Under the pieces are notes generated by a model, which saw only the letters and a program-made list of their open reading frames with translations, made no database searches and was not told the origin of the DNA. From a virus (Duplodnaviria; Caudoviricetes): 64,000 nucleotides of DNA. The stretch lies in IMG/VR virus record IMGVR_UViG_3300006133_000325; one strand, 5' to 3'. Below, one piece after another: positions 40,337 through 50,404 of the stretch. The first letter of the stretch is position 1. Each line of letters starts with the position of its first letter. The position numbers and the translations under genes were made by a program.

Positions 40337-43300
40337 TGAAGCTAGATTTCAGCATTTTAAAGCAAGTGGAGTATCCACAGGTTATCTTATGCCGCCGTTC
40401 CCATAAAAAAATAGGAGAACTCATTGGTGTACATGATTTGAAACTTGTTTTAAACTTAAATACTTGGCATGAGCTTTCCTTTTCTATTCCTTATAAATAC
40501 AATGGTCGTATCAATCCCTATTGGGATAAAATCCGAGATTTGGCAACTGTGTTTTTACCGCACTTTGGATATTTTTTAATTAAAGTATCTGAACAGGATG
40601 ATGGTTTCAATAAGGAAAAAAAGGTTACTGGCGCAAGCATGGAAATAGAATTAGGACAAGTGCTACTACATGGAGTACAAATCAACGTGGTAGATAGTGC
40701 TGGCGACATCGAAGAGGAGGATTATACACCCAAAAAATTCTATCAACCATTAGACCAAAAGAATAGCATTCTACATATTTTACTGAATGAAGTTCCACAT
40801 TGGTCTATTGGTCATGTAGACGAAAGCTTAGTGGACAAACAGAGAACATTTGATATTGATGGTACATCCATTTACGATGAATTGATGGGAGAAATTTCTG
40901 AACAATTCCATTGTATCTTCCAGTTTGACAGTTTCAATCGGCTGATTCATGTCTATGATCAGGATACCTTTGGTTCCGAAACTACTCTCTTCCTTTCCCA
41001 TGACAACTTTATCGACTACTTTACTATAGAGGCAAATGCAGACGAAATCAAAAACTGTTTTAAAGTATCTGGTGGCGCTGGTATCAATATCCAGGAAGTC
41101 AACCCAAACGGCTCTGCTTATATTTACGCTTGGGGAGCGCACGACCTAGATGATATGACACCAGAACTACGAGAAAAATTGTCTGCTTATGATGCCTTAT
41201 ACGACAGTCAAAAAGCAGCGTATGAAGCAATTATGCTCCAAATAGATAAAAAAATTGAAGAAATTCAAAAGATACTAACCAACGATTCCTCTAAAATTGA
41301 AACCGATCATTGGTCGGAGTATGGCTTAAATCCCCTAAAAGACCGTTTGAAATCTGCTCAAGACGAATTAGATGTCTGTAAAAAACAAGGTTGTGGAAAT
41401 ATAACCGATCCAAATTATTATGTTGTTTATCTCCCAACTTATCATAAAGTAGAAGCAATCAAAGCGGAAATCCAAGTGAGGCAAGCACAATTTAATACCA
41501 AACATACAGAATACGAAGCACTGATGGCGCAGAAAAGCGCAATACAGAAAATCTTAGACTTAGAGACTTTCCTAGGTACAGCATTGTGGAAAGAATTATC
41601 CTCTTACCGACGAGAGCAAACTTATGATAATGCTAACTTTGAAGTCACAAGTGATATGAGCGATATTGAGCGATTTGAACTAGAGCGAGAACTATACAAT
41701 CAAGCCTATGAAGAAATCCAGAAAATCAATCACCCGATCTATCAATTTTCTACAAAAATGGCAAACTTATATGCTATTTTTCAGGTACAGGAAAAACTCA
41801 TTGATAAATTTCAGCTTGGTAACTTTATCCGAGTAGGAAATCAGGAAGATGAGGTGCATAAAGTACGTTTCATCAAAGCCAGTATCAATTTTGAAAAACT
41901 GGAAGATATCAGCGTAGAATTCAGTGAAATGATGGGATTGAATGATAATGCTGCAGCCGCAAACCGCTTTATGGATAGTGTACGACAAGCGGCTACTTCT
42001 TACAGTTTTATTCGCAAACAGTTTGAACAAGATAAAGATGCTATGAGTTATGTGAAGGCAGTACGACTTGCTGGACTCTCTTCTGCCCTGGCAGATATCC
42101 ACAATGCGGATAATCAGGAATTCACAATCGGTTCCAGAGGATTGATTGGCAAGGAATGGAATGAGGAAAAGGGCGACTATGAACTAGAACAACTCCACGC
42201 GATTAACAATAAAATTGTCTTTACCGATGACGGGTGGAAGTCCTGTAAGCTAGCTATCGGAAAAGTCAATATCAATGGAGCAGATGTCTATGGGGTAATC
42301 GGGGACGTGATTGTAGGCAAGGTCATTATTGGCGAAAACCTGTATATCGGGAACAGCCAAAATACGATGGTATTTGACAAGGATGGGCTGAATATAACCA
42401 ATGGTGTCAATACTGTCAAAATCCAACCGAATACCAATAATGTATTTCAGATCTTAAAAGGAACTACACCTGTGATGTTTGCTGATGCAAACGGAAATCT
42501 TACGTTAACTTCTCGTATCATCACTGACTCTGGCTATATCGGTGGATGGACGATTGATAAAGACGGGCTACGCGGTAATGGTGTGATTAGCGGCGGAATG
42601 ATTATAGGTGCAAGCATACAGGGCGGAACCATTACAGGTGGCGCAATTAGCGGCGGGACGATTAATGGGGCAGAAATTACTTCTAGTGGTAATAGTGGTA
42701 ACACTTCTATAAGAGGAGGGGAATTTCAATCTGTTTTCGGCACTTCTATGACGAGTATTTCCGGTGGTAATATTTTGCAGACTGGAAAAGATGTTACGTT
42801 TAGTAATAGAAGTGAATATTCTGTATGGGAGGACGACAGATTATCTAGCGAAAAAAGCGAAATATATATTAAAAATGGAACTATTTTAATGCAAAGTACT
42901 TATAATGCTTATTTACGAGCTGCAATAGGAAATAGGAACTACTATAAACTAATTGGACTTTCTTCTTTAGGAAATATAGTAATCGGGCAAAAAGGAGGGA
43001 TGAATGGATATGTTGGAGCCGAAGACCCTCTTAAAAGAGGTGATTTAAGTCCAAAACCGATCTATATGTATTGTAGCGAATTTAGAGTAAATAAAAATGG
43101 AACTTCTTATATAAATATTGATGCTGGAAACACCAACCTGATCCATACAAAAGATATAACAGCTACTACTGGGAATGGAACAAATGGAGTTTATTTAAAT
43201 ATAGGAGGACAGTCTATTCCCACCGGAGATTGGGTTGCCAGCTATGTCTCTAACCATGCTGAAAAGAAAATATCATCCTTAGAATCCCAAGTTACAAGAT

Positions 43301-43359
43301 TAGAAAGCAGAATTGCCTCATTAGAATCTAGACCGCCTGTTATAATTCCATCTAACTAA
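40336..43359 (+). CDS. Baseplate hub / tail spike (Tal-like) protein
   Basis: Follows Dit; prophage tail-like N-terminus, coiled coil, GTITGG beta-helix repeats. Confidence 0.7.
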   Translation: MKLDFSILKQVEYPQVILCRRSHKKIGELIGVHDLKLVLNLNTWHELSFSIPYKYNGRINPYWDKIRDLATVFLPHFGYFLIKVSEQDDGFNKEKKVTGASMEIELGQVLLHGVQINVVDSAGDIEEEDYTPKKFYQPLDQKNSILHILLNEVPHWSIGHVDESLVDKQRTFDIDGTSIYDELMGEISEQFHCIFQFDSFNRLIHVYDQDTFGSETTLFLSHDNFIDYFTIEANADEIKNCFKVSGGAGINIQEVNPNGSAYIYAWGAHDLDDMTPELREKLSAYDALYDSQKAAYEAIMLQIDKKIEEIQKILTNDSSKIETDHWSEYGLNPLKDRLKSAQDELDVCKKQGCGNITDPNYYVVYLPTYHKVEAIKAEIQVRQAQFNTKHTEYEALMAQKSAIQKILDLETFLGTALWKELSSYRREQTYDNANFEVTSDMSDIERFELERELYNQAYEEIQKINHPIYQFSTKMANLYAIFQVQEKLIDKFQLGNFIRVGNQEDEVHKVRFIKASINFEKLEDISVEFSEMMGLNDNAAAANRFMDSVRQAATSYSFIRKQFEQDKDAMSYVKAVRLAGLSSALADIHNADNQEFTIGSRGLIGKEWNEEKGDYELEQLHAINNKIVFTDDGWKSCKLAIGKVNINGADVYGVIGDVIVGKVIIGENLYIGNSQNTMVFDKDGLNITNGVNTVKIQPNTNNVFQILKGTTPVMFADANGNLTLTSRIITDSGYIGGWTIDKDGLRGNGVISGGMIIGASIQGGTITGGAISGGTINGAEITSSGNSGNTSIRGGEFQSVFGTSMTSISGGNILQTGKDVTFSNRSEYSVWEDDRLSSEKSEIYIKNGTILMQSTYNAYLRAAIGNRNYYKLIGLSSLGNIVIGQKGGMNGYVGAEDPLKRGDLSPKPIYMYCSEFRVNKNGTSYINIDAGNTNLIHTKDITATTGNGTNGVYLNIGGQSIPTGDWVASYVSNHAEKKISSLESQVTRLESRIASLESRPPVIIPSN

Positions 43360-43370
43360 TTTCCAGAATG

Positions 43371-43408
43371 TGCCACAAATCCCCTAACTTTAGCTAGAGG
43401 AGTATCAA
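43371..43408 (+). mobile_element. IS200/IS605-type end remnant
   Basis: AATCCCCTAACTTTAGCTAGAGGAGTATCAA hairpin ending in TCAA. Confidence 0.4.
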
Positions 43409-43514
43409 TGTTTGTATGATTTTCTAAAAAATATTGTTTTGAATACAAAAATGTGATATCATATAGTATAAGATATTTTAGAAGAACTCTCACTTTTTTA
43501 ATTGAGGTGAATCT

Positions 43515-44354
43515 ATGAAACAAAACACACCAAAACGCAAGATAAAGGACAGTGTATTCACTAATTTATTTCAGGAGAAAAAATACCTGCTCCAGTTATA
43601 CCAAGCACTTCATCCAGAGGATTCCCAGGTAACGGAGGAAGATATCGAAGATGTGACACTCAAACATGTTCTGGTAGATGCTGATTACAATGATTTAGGT
43701 TTTTCGGTTGGCAACCGGTTACTGATACTGGTGGAAAGCCAATCCACTTGGACGTTTAACATCATTATCCGTGCGCTGATGTATTTGATACAGACTTATC
43801 ATGATTATCTGAAGCGCACCAACCAAAACCTATACGGAAGCAAAAAGGTGAACCTGCCGAAACCGGAACTGTATGTGATTTATACCGGAAACAGGACACA
43901 TATCCCAGATACCCTATCCCTCCAGAAAGATTTTTTTGATGGGGAAAAGATTGCTTTGGAGGCAGAAGTAAAGGTATTGTACCAAGAAAATGAGGTGGAT
44001 ATCATTGGGCAGTATATTATGTTCTGCAAGGTATACCAAGAACAGAGAAAGCAGTACGGAAATACGAAACAAGCAGTGACAGAAACCATCCGTATCTGTA
44101 AAAACAGAGACGTGTTAAAGGAATATCTGGAAAGCAAGGAACAGGAGGTTGTGGATATGATGATGACATTGTTTGATGATGAACAAATTTTAAAGGCTTA
44201 TGCCAAGGATATTGAAGATACTGCGGCTAGAAAGACAGCAGAGAGATTGATTAAAATAGGAAAAATGTCATTAGAAGAAATCGCATCATGTGTTCCATCC
44301 TTATCCCTTGAGGAATTAAAGGAATTGGAATCTAACATTATGCAGTTAGCATAA
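43515..44354 (+). CDS. Rpn/YhgA-like PD-(D/E)xK protein
   Basis: KDSVFTNLF, YNDLGF, LVESQST, LPKPELYVIYTG; internal RBS and ATG. Confidence 0.75.
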   Translation: MKQNTPKRKIKDSVFTNLFQEKKYLLQLYQALHPEDSQVTEEDIEDVTLKHVLVDADYNDLGFSVGNRLLILVESQSTWTFNIIIRALMYLIQTYHDYLKRTNQNLYGSKKVNLPKPELYVIYTGNRTHIPDTLSLQKDFFDGEKIALEAEVKVLYQENEVDIIGQYIMFCKVYQEQRKQYGNTKQAVTETIRICKNRDVLKEYLESKEQEVVDMMMTLFDDEQILKAYAKDIEDTAARKTAERLIKIGKMSLEEIASCVPSLSLEELKELESNIMQLA

Positions 44355-44440
44355 ACCAATAAGTATTACCATCCAAAAAGCAAGTAATTAGAAAAGTCTA
44401 GTTGCTTGCTTTTTTATATTGTTTTTTTAAGGAGAAAAGA

Positions 44441-44653
44441 ATGAATCAATCAAACTTAGGTAACACAGAAAATGTAAAAGAAATTGAAATTTATGTTTAT
44501 GATAAAAAGGTTATCAATACTGTTATATCCATGCTCAAAAAAGTAAAAATAGAAGGCTTTGAGCAGGCACAATTATTAAGTGAACTTGGAAGGCTTATCT
44601 GTTGTCCTATCAAAGAAGATACTTTACTCTGTGATTTAGAAGAATACGAATAA
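44441..44653 (+). CDS. Small hypothetical protein
   Basis: AAGGAG RBS before ATG 44441. Confidence 0.5.
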   Translation: MNQSNLGNTENVKEIEIYVYDKKVINTVISMLKKVKIEGFEQAQLLSELGRLICCPIKEDTLLCDLEEYE

Positions 44654-44675
44654 GCTTTCTACTTTCAAAGGAAAG

Positions 44676-46337
44676 GTGGTGAAAGTTGTTTTGCCAGAAT
44701 TACAAAAAATAAATACTGATGTATTTATCAATTTAAGAGATCGGACAGAAAACATTATTATTTCTGCCAACCGCGGCGACGCACATTCTCGTACAATTCG
44801 TTTTAATTTTATTTATGAGGATGAGTTATATGAAATACCAGAAGGAATTATTGCTAGATTTATGGGAACAAGACCAGATGGGTGTGCAATTATAGAAGAA
44901 GAACCTTGTATAATCGAAGGGAATCAAGTTCTTTATGAAATGACACCTTATATCCTAAATATTTCTGGTGACGTGAGAGCAAAAATAGAATTACGCAATG
45001 AAGAAACCGAGCAGATTTTAACAACGGTTGCTTTCACTATTCATATTCCAAAAGATCCATTTGATGAAAATGCTATTATTAAAACAGATGAGTTTTCTAT
45101 CTTAAATGCTCTGATTGAAAAAGTTGAGGAAGCATTAGAAAATGTAGACGAGGCACTGGTTCAAGTAGAAGATAAAATTCAGGAAGCCGATGAAGCTATC
45201 CAGGAAATCCATACTACAAATGAGCAAATGAAGGAAGTCATAACAGAAGCAAATACCGTTATCGACAGTATGAACGATAAACTACAAGAAGCTGACACTG
45301 TTATTGATGAAATGGGCGAAAAACTCATAGAAGCAGATAACAAAATAGCGGAACTAGATGACCTACATGATGATATTAATGTTGCAATTAAAAATGCGGA
45401 AACTGCTACTACTGCTGCTAATAAAGCTACCGAAGACAGTAATGCTGCAGCAGAACGAGCAGACGATGCTGCCCAAAGAGCAAATGCTGCCGCTAAAGCC
45501 GCTGAAGATATCGTTACAAATGGCATTCCTGTTGCAACTACTACTATTCTTGGCGGAGTAAAAGCGAGTGAGCAAATTCATGTAGCAGAAGATGGCACTA
45601 TGAGTATCCTTTCTGTTCCAAAAGAAGCTCTTCCAGAGGACATTGGAAAAGGTGGATTAGAACAGTATGCTCTCTTCTCTTCTCTCCCATCTCAAGGGAA
45701 TGAATCTATTTTATATATCGTAACCGGGGATTCCGATGATAAAAATGGAATGTATTATTGGAACATTGCTACTTCTTCTTATCAGCAAATAGAAGCTGGC
45801 AGCGCTGGCTCTATTGTTGTGGATATTACATGGGAGGCATATCAAGCTATACCAGAAGATGAAAAAAACAATGGGGTTATTTATAACATTATAGACGAAA
45901 ACGAAACCGATATTGAAAACGTTAGCAATTCCGTTGTAAGGGATATTACTTTTGCTGAATACCAAGCATTATCAGACGAAGAAAAGAAAAACGGTACTAT
46001 CTATAATATTGTAGATGAAGATGAGAACAATACTTATAGGAGTGACCAGAAATTACCTCTTTCTTTATCTGTAGAGAAGTGGACAGAAGAAAATAGAGAA
46101 GAAATGAGGGAAATTGGTATCGCCTTTTGTAATAGCTATTCCACAAACATTGCATATTCTAATATCTCCTATGTAACAGCAATCGTTGAAATAACTAGTC
46201 GCATTGCTGCACAAACGTCTGGTATGCTAGATATATTGGAATACGAGGAAGGGGAGAATGGTTTTCTAATAATTAAATTTTTTGCAGAAAAGATACCAAC
46301 AACAGAAATACAGGTGTGTGTATTTATTCATTATTAA
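44676..46337 (+). CDS. BppU-like baseplate / fibre protein
   Basis: N-terminal NRGDAHSRTIRF BppU-like domain, coiled coil, ATTTILGGVK, two ITxxxYQAL repeats. Confidence 0.7.
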   Translation: MVKVVLPELQKINTDVFINLRDRTENIIISANRGDAHSRTIRFNFIYEDELYEIPEGIIARFMGTRPDGCAIIEEEPCIIEGNQVLYEMTPYILNISGDVRAKIELRNEETEQILTTVAFTIHIPKDPFDENAIIKTDEFSILNALIEKVEEALENVDEALVQVEDKIQEADEAIQEIHTTNEQMKEVITEANTVIDSMNDKLQEADTVIDEMGEKLIEADNKIAELDDLHDDINVAIKNAETATTAANKATEDSNAAAERADDAAQRANAAAKAAEDIVTNGIPVATTTILGGVKASEQIHVAEDGTMSILSVPKEALPEDIGKGGLEQYALFSSLPSQGNESILYIVTGDSDDKNGMYYWNIATSSYQQIEAGSAGSIVVDITWEAYQAIPEDEKNNGVIYNIIDENETDIENVSNSVVRDITFAEYQALSDEEKKNGTIYNIVDEDENNTYRSDQKLPLSLSVEKWTEENREEMREIGIAFCNSYSTNIAYSNISYVTAIVEITSRIAAQTSGMLDILEYEEGENGFLIIKFFAEKIPTTEIQVCVFIHY

Positions 46338-46353
46338 CAGGGGAGGTGTTGCA

Positions 46354-46833
46354 ATGCCAATTGGTAATATATCTGGAATCTGTCACACAGAAAAAAATGT
46401 CTTATCTAAACCTTCTCCAGAATTTCGTTATGACTCTAAAACTGGTTATCTCCTTATAAAAGAACAGAATATTAATGAAACAAACTCAATATCCGAAGTA
46501 GACAGCAATGAAGCATGGAAACCGCTAGGAAAGATCGGAATTACTTATCAAGGAGAATATAATTTAAGTCTTACCTATGAGCAATCAACCATTATCCGCT
46601 ATGCAGACGCTTCCTGGATATCAGTACAGGATGTTCCTGCACATAATGAACCAAGTGAGGATAGTGATTATTGGCAACTACTATCTAAGGATGGAACTAT
46701 CCTAACTTCTGGAGATAATATTTCTATTACAGAAAACGAAACGGGAACTCATACCATATCTGCAAATATAGGAACGAAAATTATGGTACAAGAAGAAGAG
46801 CCAGAGGATAAAACTGTTTTGTGGGGCTGGTAA
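46354..46833 (+). CDS. Tail-fibre-associated protein
   Basis: YQGEY...EPSEDSDYWQLL carbohydrate-binding-like repeat. Confidence 0.55.
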   Translation: MPIGNISGICHTEKNVLSKPSPEFRYDSKTGYLLIKEQNINETNSISEVDSNEAWKPLGKIGITYQGEYNLSLTYEQSTIIRYADASWISVQDVPAHNEPSEDSDYWQLLSKDGTILTSGDNISITENETGTHTISANIGTKIMVQEEEPEDKTVLWGW

Positions 46834-46866
46834 TAAAATAGAACTGTTTCACTAGGAGGTTGCATA

Positions 46867-47538
46867 ATGGCAATAAATCGCTGGGATACTGCAAATAATA
46901 TATACAAAGATTTACAAACTATAAGAAAATATGATTGTGACACGAATAATTGGATAGAACTTAATAAGGTAAAGGCACAAAAGAATGGACAATGGACGGA
47001 CTTGTGGAGTCAAAAACCAAAACCACTCTATTTATATAATGAAGGAGATGAATGTACTAACATTACTGGAGGGTGGAAAAAGACATGGTTAATACAAAAT
47101 TTGCCCCAAACAGGGGATTATTATATAAAAAGAAGTAATTATTTACAATGCTCCGATCCTAGTTCTAGTGAATTTTGTTTATGGCTATGGTTTCCATCTG
47201 TAATGATTGATTTTAGTAAATATTCTAAAATAAAATTTGAAATATCTCTACATGATGTATATTCTAATCCAGGCAGAGCAGGTTTAATGCTTCATCTATT
47301 TTCTAACCTACTATCCACTAGTAAAGCCCCCTTCCCACACGTTGATGGTACACCATCTCCTTCTAGGCTTGGACAATATGGCATTGTTTATCTTTCAACT
47401 GGAGAAAGCGTATCAAGGCAAATTTATTCGGTCAATATTTCTAATATTGGGCTGGTATGTCCTGCCGTTGGATTGGATGTATCTTATTGGCAAGATGGAA
47501 CAGGTACATGTGAAATATATAAAATTTGGCTAGAATAA
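46867..47538 (+). CDS. Putative receptor-binding domain protein
   Basis: LYNEGDECTNITGGW...IDFSKYSKI...IYKIWLE pattern of phage fibre tip domains. Confidence 0.55.
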   Translation: MAINRWDTANNIYKDLQTIRKYDCDTNNWIELNKVKAQKNGQWTDLWSQKPKPLYLYNEGDECTNITGGWKKTWLIQNLPQTGDYYIKRSNYLQCSDPSSSEFCLWLWFPSVMIDFSKYSKIKFEISLHDVYSNPGRAGLMLHLFSNLLSTSKAPFPHVDGTPSPSRLGQYGIVYLSTGESVSRQIYSVNISNIGLVCPAVGLDVSYWQDGTGTCEIYKIWLE

Positions 47539-47561
47539 TTATTATTAGACAACGTTAAAGA

Positions 47562-47634
47562 GAAAAATGACAGATATTTCTCATATAGAATATCTGTCAT
47601 TCGTAGGCTTTGGCTTGAAACACTTATACCTCAT
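47562..47634 (-). ncRNA. Putative orphan small RNA
   Basis: Minus-strand TTGACA-17-TATAAT (47669-47641) followed within ~75 nt by a hairpin and U-tract. Confidence 0.55.
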
Positions 47635-47763
47635 GTAAATATTATAATATATATGTCTAAATTTGTCAAATACTATTTTTTGAAATAAGGCTACCGCAAT
47701 CCCACTGGCTTTAGACGGTGGGTTAAGGTAGCCAAAAGTGGCGGTTTGTGTTATACTTGCGTC

Positions 47764-48168
47764 ATGGGAACATGGAAATCAAAAAACAGGCACAAATATT
47801 TGTTACAGTATCATATTATTTTTGTATGTAAATACAGAAAGAAGCTGTTTGCATCAGAACATATATCGGATGATATAAAACAGCTTTCGTACGAGATATG
47901 CCAGAAACATCATGTGATTATCAGATATATGGAAACTGACAAAGACCATATCCATTACATGATAGAAACAGAACCGACAATGTCTGTCAGTAAAATAGTA
48001 AATCTGATGAAGAGTTACACGACATACCATATATGGAAAAAGTATCAAAACTATCTGCGAAAGCATTTTTGGAAGGAGCGCACATTCTGGACGGATGGAT
48101 ATTTTGCGTGTAGCGTTGGAAATGTTTCGGAAGAAATGCTTAAAAAATATATAGAAAACCAGGGATAG
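47764..48168 (+). CDS. tnpA: IS200-type Y1 transposase
   Basis: Identical protein to copy 1. Confidence 0.95.
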   Translation: MGTWKSKNRHKYLLQYHIIFVCKYRKKLFASEHISDDIKQLSYEICQKHHVIIRYMETDKDHIHYMIETEPTMSVSKIVNLMKSYTTYHIWKKYQNYLRKHFWKERTFWTDGYFACSVGNVSEEMLKKYIENQG

Positions 48169-48184
48169 GGGGAGACGGCAGCAA

Positions 48185-49288
48185 ATGTTAAAAGCGTACA
48201 AATATAGGATATATCCAAATAATGAGCAGAAAGTGCAGATTGCAAAAACATTTGGCTGCTGCCGTTTTGTCTATAACCAGACTTTAGCACATAGGAAAAA
48301 TGCTTATGAAAAAGAAAAGAAATCTGTCAGCAGAACAGACTGTAATAATTATTGTAACAGAGAGTTAAAGAAGGAATATGAGTGGCTGAAGGAAGTGGAC
48401 AAATTCGCCCTTACAAATGCCATTTATAACATGGATGCGGCATTTCAGAAGTTTTTTAGGGAACATACAGGATATCCGAAATTCAAAAGTAAGCATGATA
48501 ACCATAAGTCTTATACTACAAATTTCACAAATGGGAATATTGCTGCAGATTTTGAGGACGGGAAGATAAAACTGCCAAAGTTAAAGCAGGTAAAGGCAAA
48601 ATTCCACAGGGAATTTGATGGACAGATAAAATCAGCCACAATTTCCCAGGTACCAAGTGGAAAATATTATGTGTCAATACTTGTGGAAACAGAACATGGA
48701 GAACTACCGCAAACAGGCAAAAATATAGGTTTAGATTTAGGCATAAAAGATTTATGCATTACGTCAGAGGGGAAGAAATACGAAAATCCAAAGACAATAA
48801 AAAAATATGAGAAAAAACTGGCAAAACTGCAAAGACAGCTTGCACATAAAGAGAAAAGAAGCAGAAATTATTATAAACAGAAAAGGAAAATCGCACGTTG
48901 CCATGAGAAAATTACAAATACCAGAAAAGATTATCTGCATAAAGTTTCCCATAAGATTATCAGCGAAAACCAAGTGATAGTTTCGGAAAACCTGCAGATA
49001 AAAAATATGGTAAAAAACCATCAACTGGCAAAAACAATATCAGATGTGTCGTGGTACGAATTAACAAGACAGTTAGGGTATAAGGCAGAATGGAATGGGA
49101 GACAGTACATAAAAATAGATACATTCTATGCAAGCAGCCAGATATGCTCAGCCTGTGGGTATCAGAATACAGACATAAAAGATTTATCCGTAAGGGAATG
49201 GATATGCCCAAAGTGCAGAGCGAAACATGATAGAGACATCAATGCTGCAAAGAATATATTGGCGGAAGGATTACGGCAGATAGCATAG
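48185..49288 (+). CDS. tnpB: RNA-guided endonuclease TnpB
   Basis: Identical protein to copy 1. Confidence 0.95.
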   Translation: MLKAYKYRIYPNNEQKVQIAKTFGCCRFVYNQTLAHRKNAYEKEKKSVSRTDCNNYCNRELKKEYEWLKEVDKFALTNAIYNMDAAFQKFFREHTGYPKFKSKHDNHKSYTTNFTNGNIAADFEDGKIKLPKLKQVKAKFHREFDGQIKSATISQVPSGKYYVSILVETEHGELPQTGKNIGLDLGIKDLCITSEGKKYENPKTIKKYEKKLAKLQRQLAHKEKRSRNYYKQKRKIARCHEKITNTRKDYLHKVSHKIISENQVIVSENLQIKNMVKNHQLAKTISDVSWYELTRQLGYKAEWNGRQYIKIDTFYASSQICSACGYQNTDIKDLSVREWICPKCRAKHDRDINAAKNILAEGLRQIA

Positions 49289-49395
49289 GATAATAAAATA
49301 GGGATGGTGCAGCCCGAATTTACGCCTGTGGAGATAGTAGGTTACGAGGTCGATGAAGCAGGAAGCCCATTGGCTTTAGACAATGGGTAGTTCAC

Positions 49396-49441
49396 ATAAG
49401 GATACCATAATCCCATTGCCTTTAGACAGTGGATAGTTCAC
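49396..49441 (+). mobile_element. 46-bp left-end/right-end fusion mini-element of the same IS
   Basis: ATAAGGATACCATAATCCCATTGCCTTTAGACAGTGGATAGTTCAC starts like the IS left end and finishes like its right end. Confidence 0.75.
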
Positions 49442-49579
49442 CTATTTAGAAAGAAGGAAGGAAATATAATATGAATACTGTCATAGACAACCAAATTGTA
49501 GATTGGCAAGATAGCACCAATATTAAACTCGCTACATCTATCAAGATAAATATTGTCACCATGAGAAAGGGGAATAAAA

Positions 49580-50221
49580 ATGGCAATACATAAAATACCA
49601 CTTACTGGACAAACTTCTAGTATTGTTGTGGATGAAGAATTGAGCAGTACCAGTAAAAATCCGGTACAGAATAAAATAATTACTACAAGATTCAATGAGC
49701 AAAATAATCTCATAGAAGAAAATTTTAACACTTATACTACTGCTATGTCTAGTTTGGCGGATGGGAGTATGGTTGTTGGAAAAGCTAGAGATAGTAATAC
49801 TGTTGGCGAGAAAACGATTGGTGATATTTTAAAGAATGCAAAATTACCAAATCCGACGACGGAATATACAAATTTATTTGCTGCTATTTTTCCACCCAAC
49901 TCTGTTTATAAAACATCATATGGTCTTTTAGATATTTTCTATGCGTATACCTCACCAATAAAAGATATTGAAGATGGTGAAGATATATTTTTCCTAGAAG
50001 ACTATACTACAACTTATGTAAGATTAGTTGGCTATTGTTATACATTTGATAAAAGATTCAAGGCAAACGTGATAGGTATAACAAATGGAATTACAAGTGG
50101 TAATAACCAATCCAAAAAAATGAAATTCCTTTATTTCGGCAAAGATAATGAAACAATACTAAAAGATACTGCGCTAATGATGATAGCAATAGGGATAAGA
50201 AAAGAAGAACAAGAGATTTAA
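49580..50221 (+). CDS. Tail-fibre-like protein
   Basis: VDEELSSTSKNPVQNKII motif typical of phage fibre proteins. Confidence 0.6.
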   Translation: MAIHKIPLTGQTSSIVVDEELSSTSKNPVQNKIITTRFNEQNNLIEENFNTYTTAMSSLADGSMVVGKARDSNTVGEKTIGDILKNAKLPNPTTEYTNLFAAIFPPNSVYKTSYGLLDIFYAYTSPIKDIEDGEDIFFLEDYTTTYVRLVGYCYTFDKRFKANVIGITNGITSGNNQSKKMKFLYFGKDNETILKDTALMMIAIGIRKEEQEI

Positions 50222-50404
50222 AATGTTATTAGTGTTACCTATTAAAAAATAGCTATGAAGCATATTAAAACATAACATTATTAGTATAATACCAAAATTA
50301 TAGAAACACTTTGCTGAAGATAACAAATATATATTATAACTATTTTTTTTGTTGTAATAATCAATCTATAAACCATTCAATTTTGAAAGAAAGGACGGTG
50401 GCGC

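Larger units (their letters stand above)
47685..49395 (+). mobile_element. IS200/IS605 family element, copy 2
   Basis: Same length, identical ORF translations and same TTTGAA target as copy 1. Confidence 0.95.
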
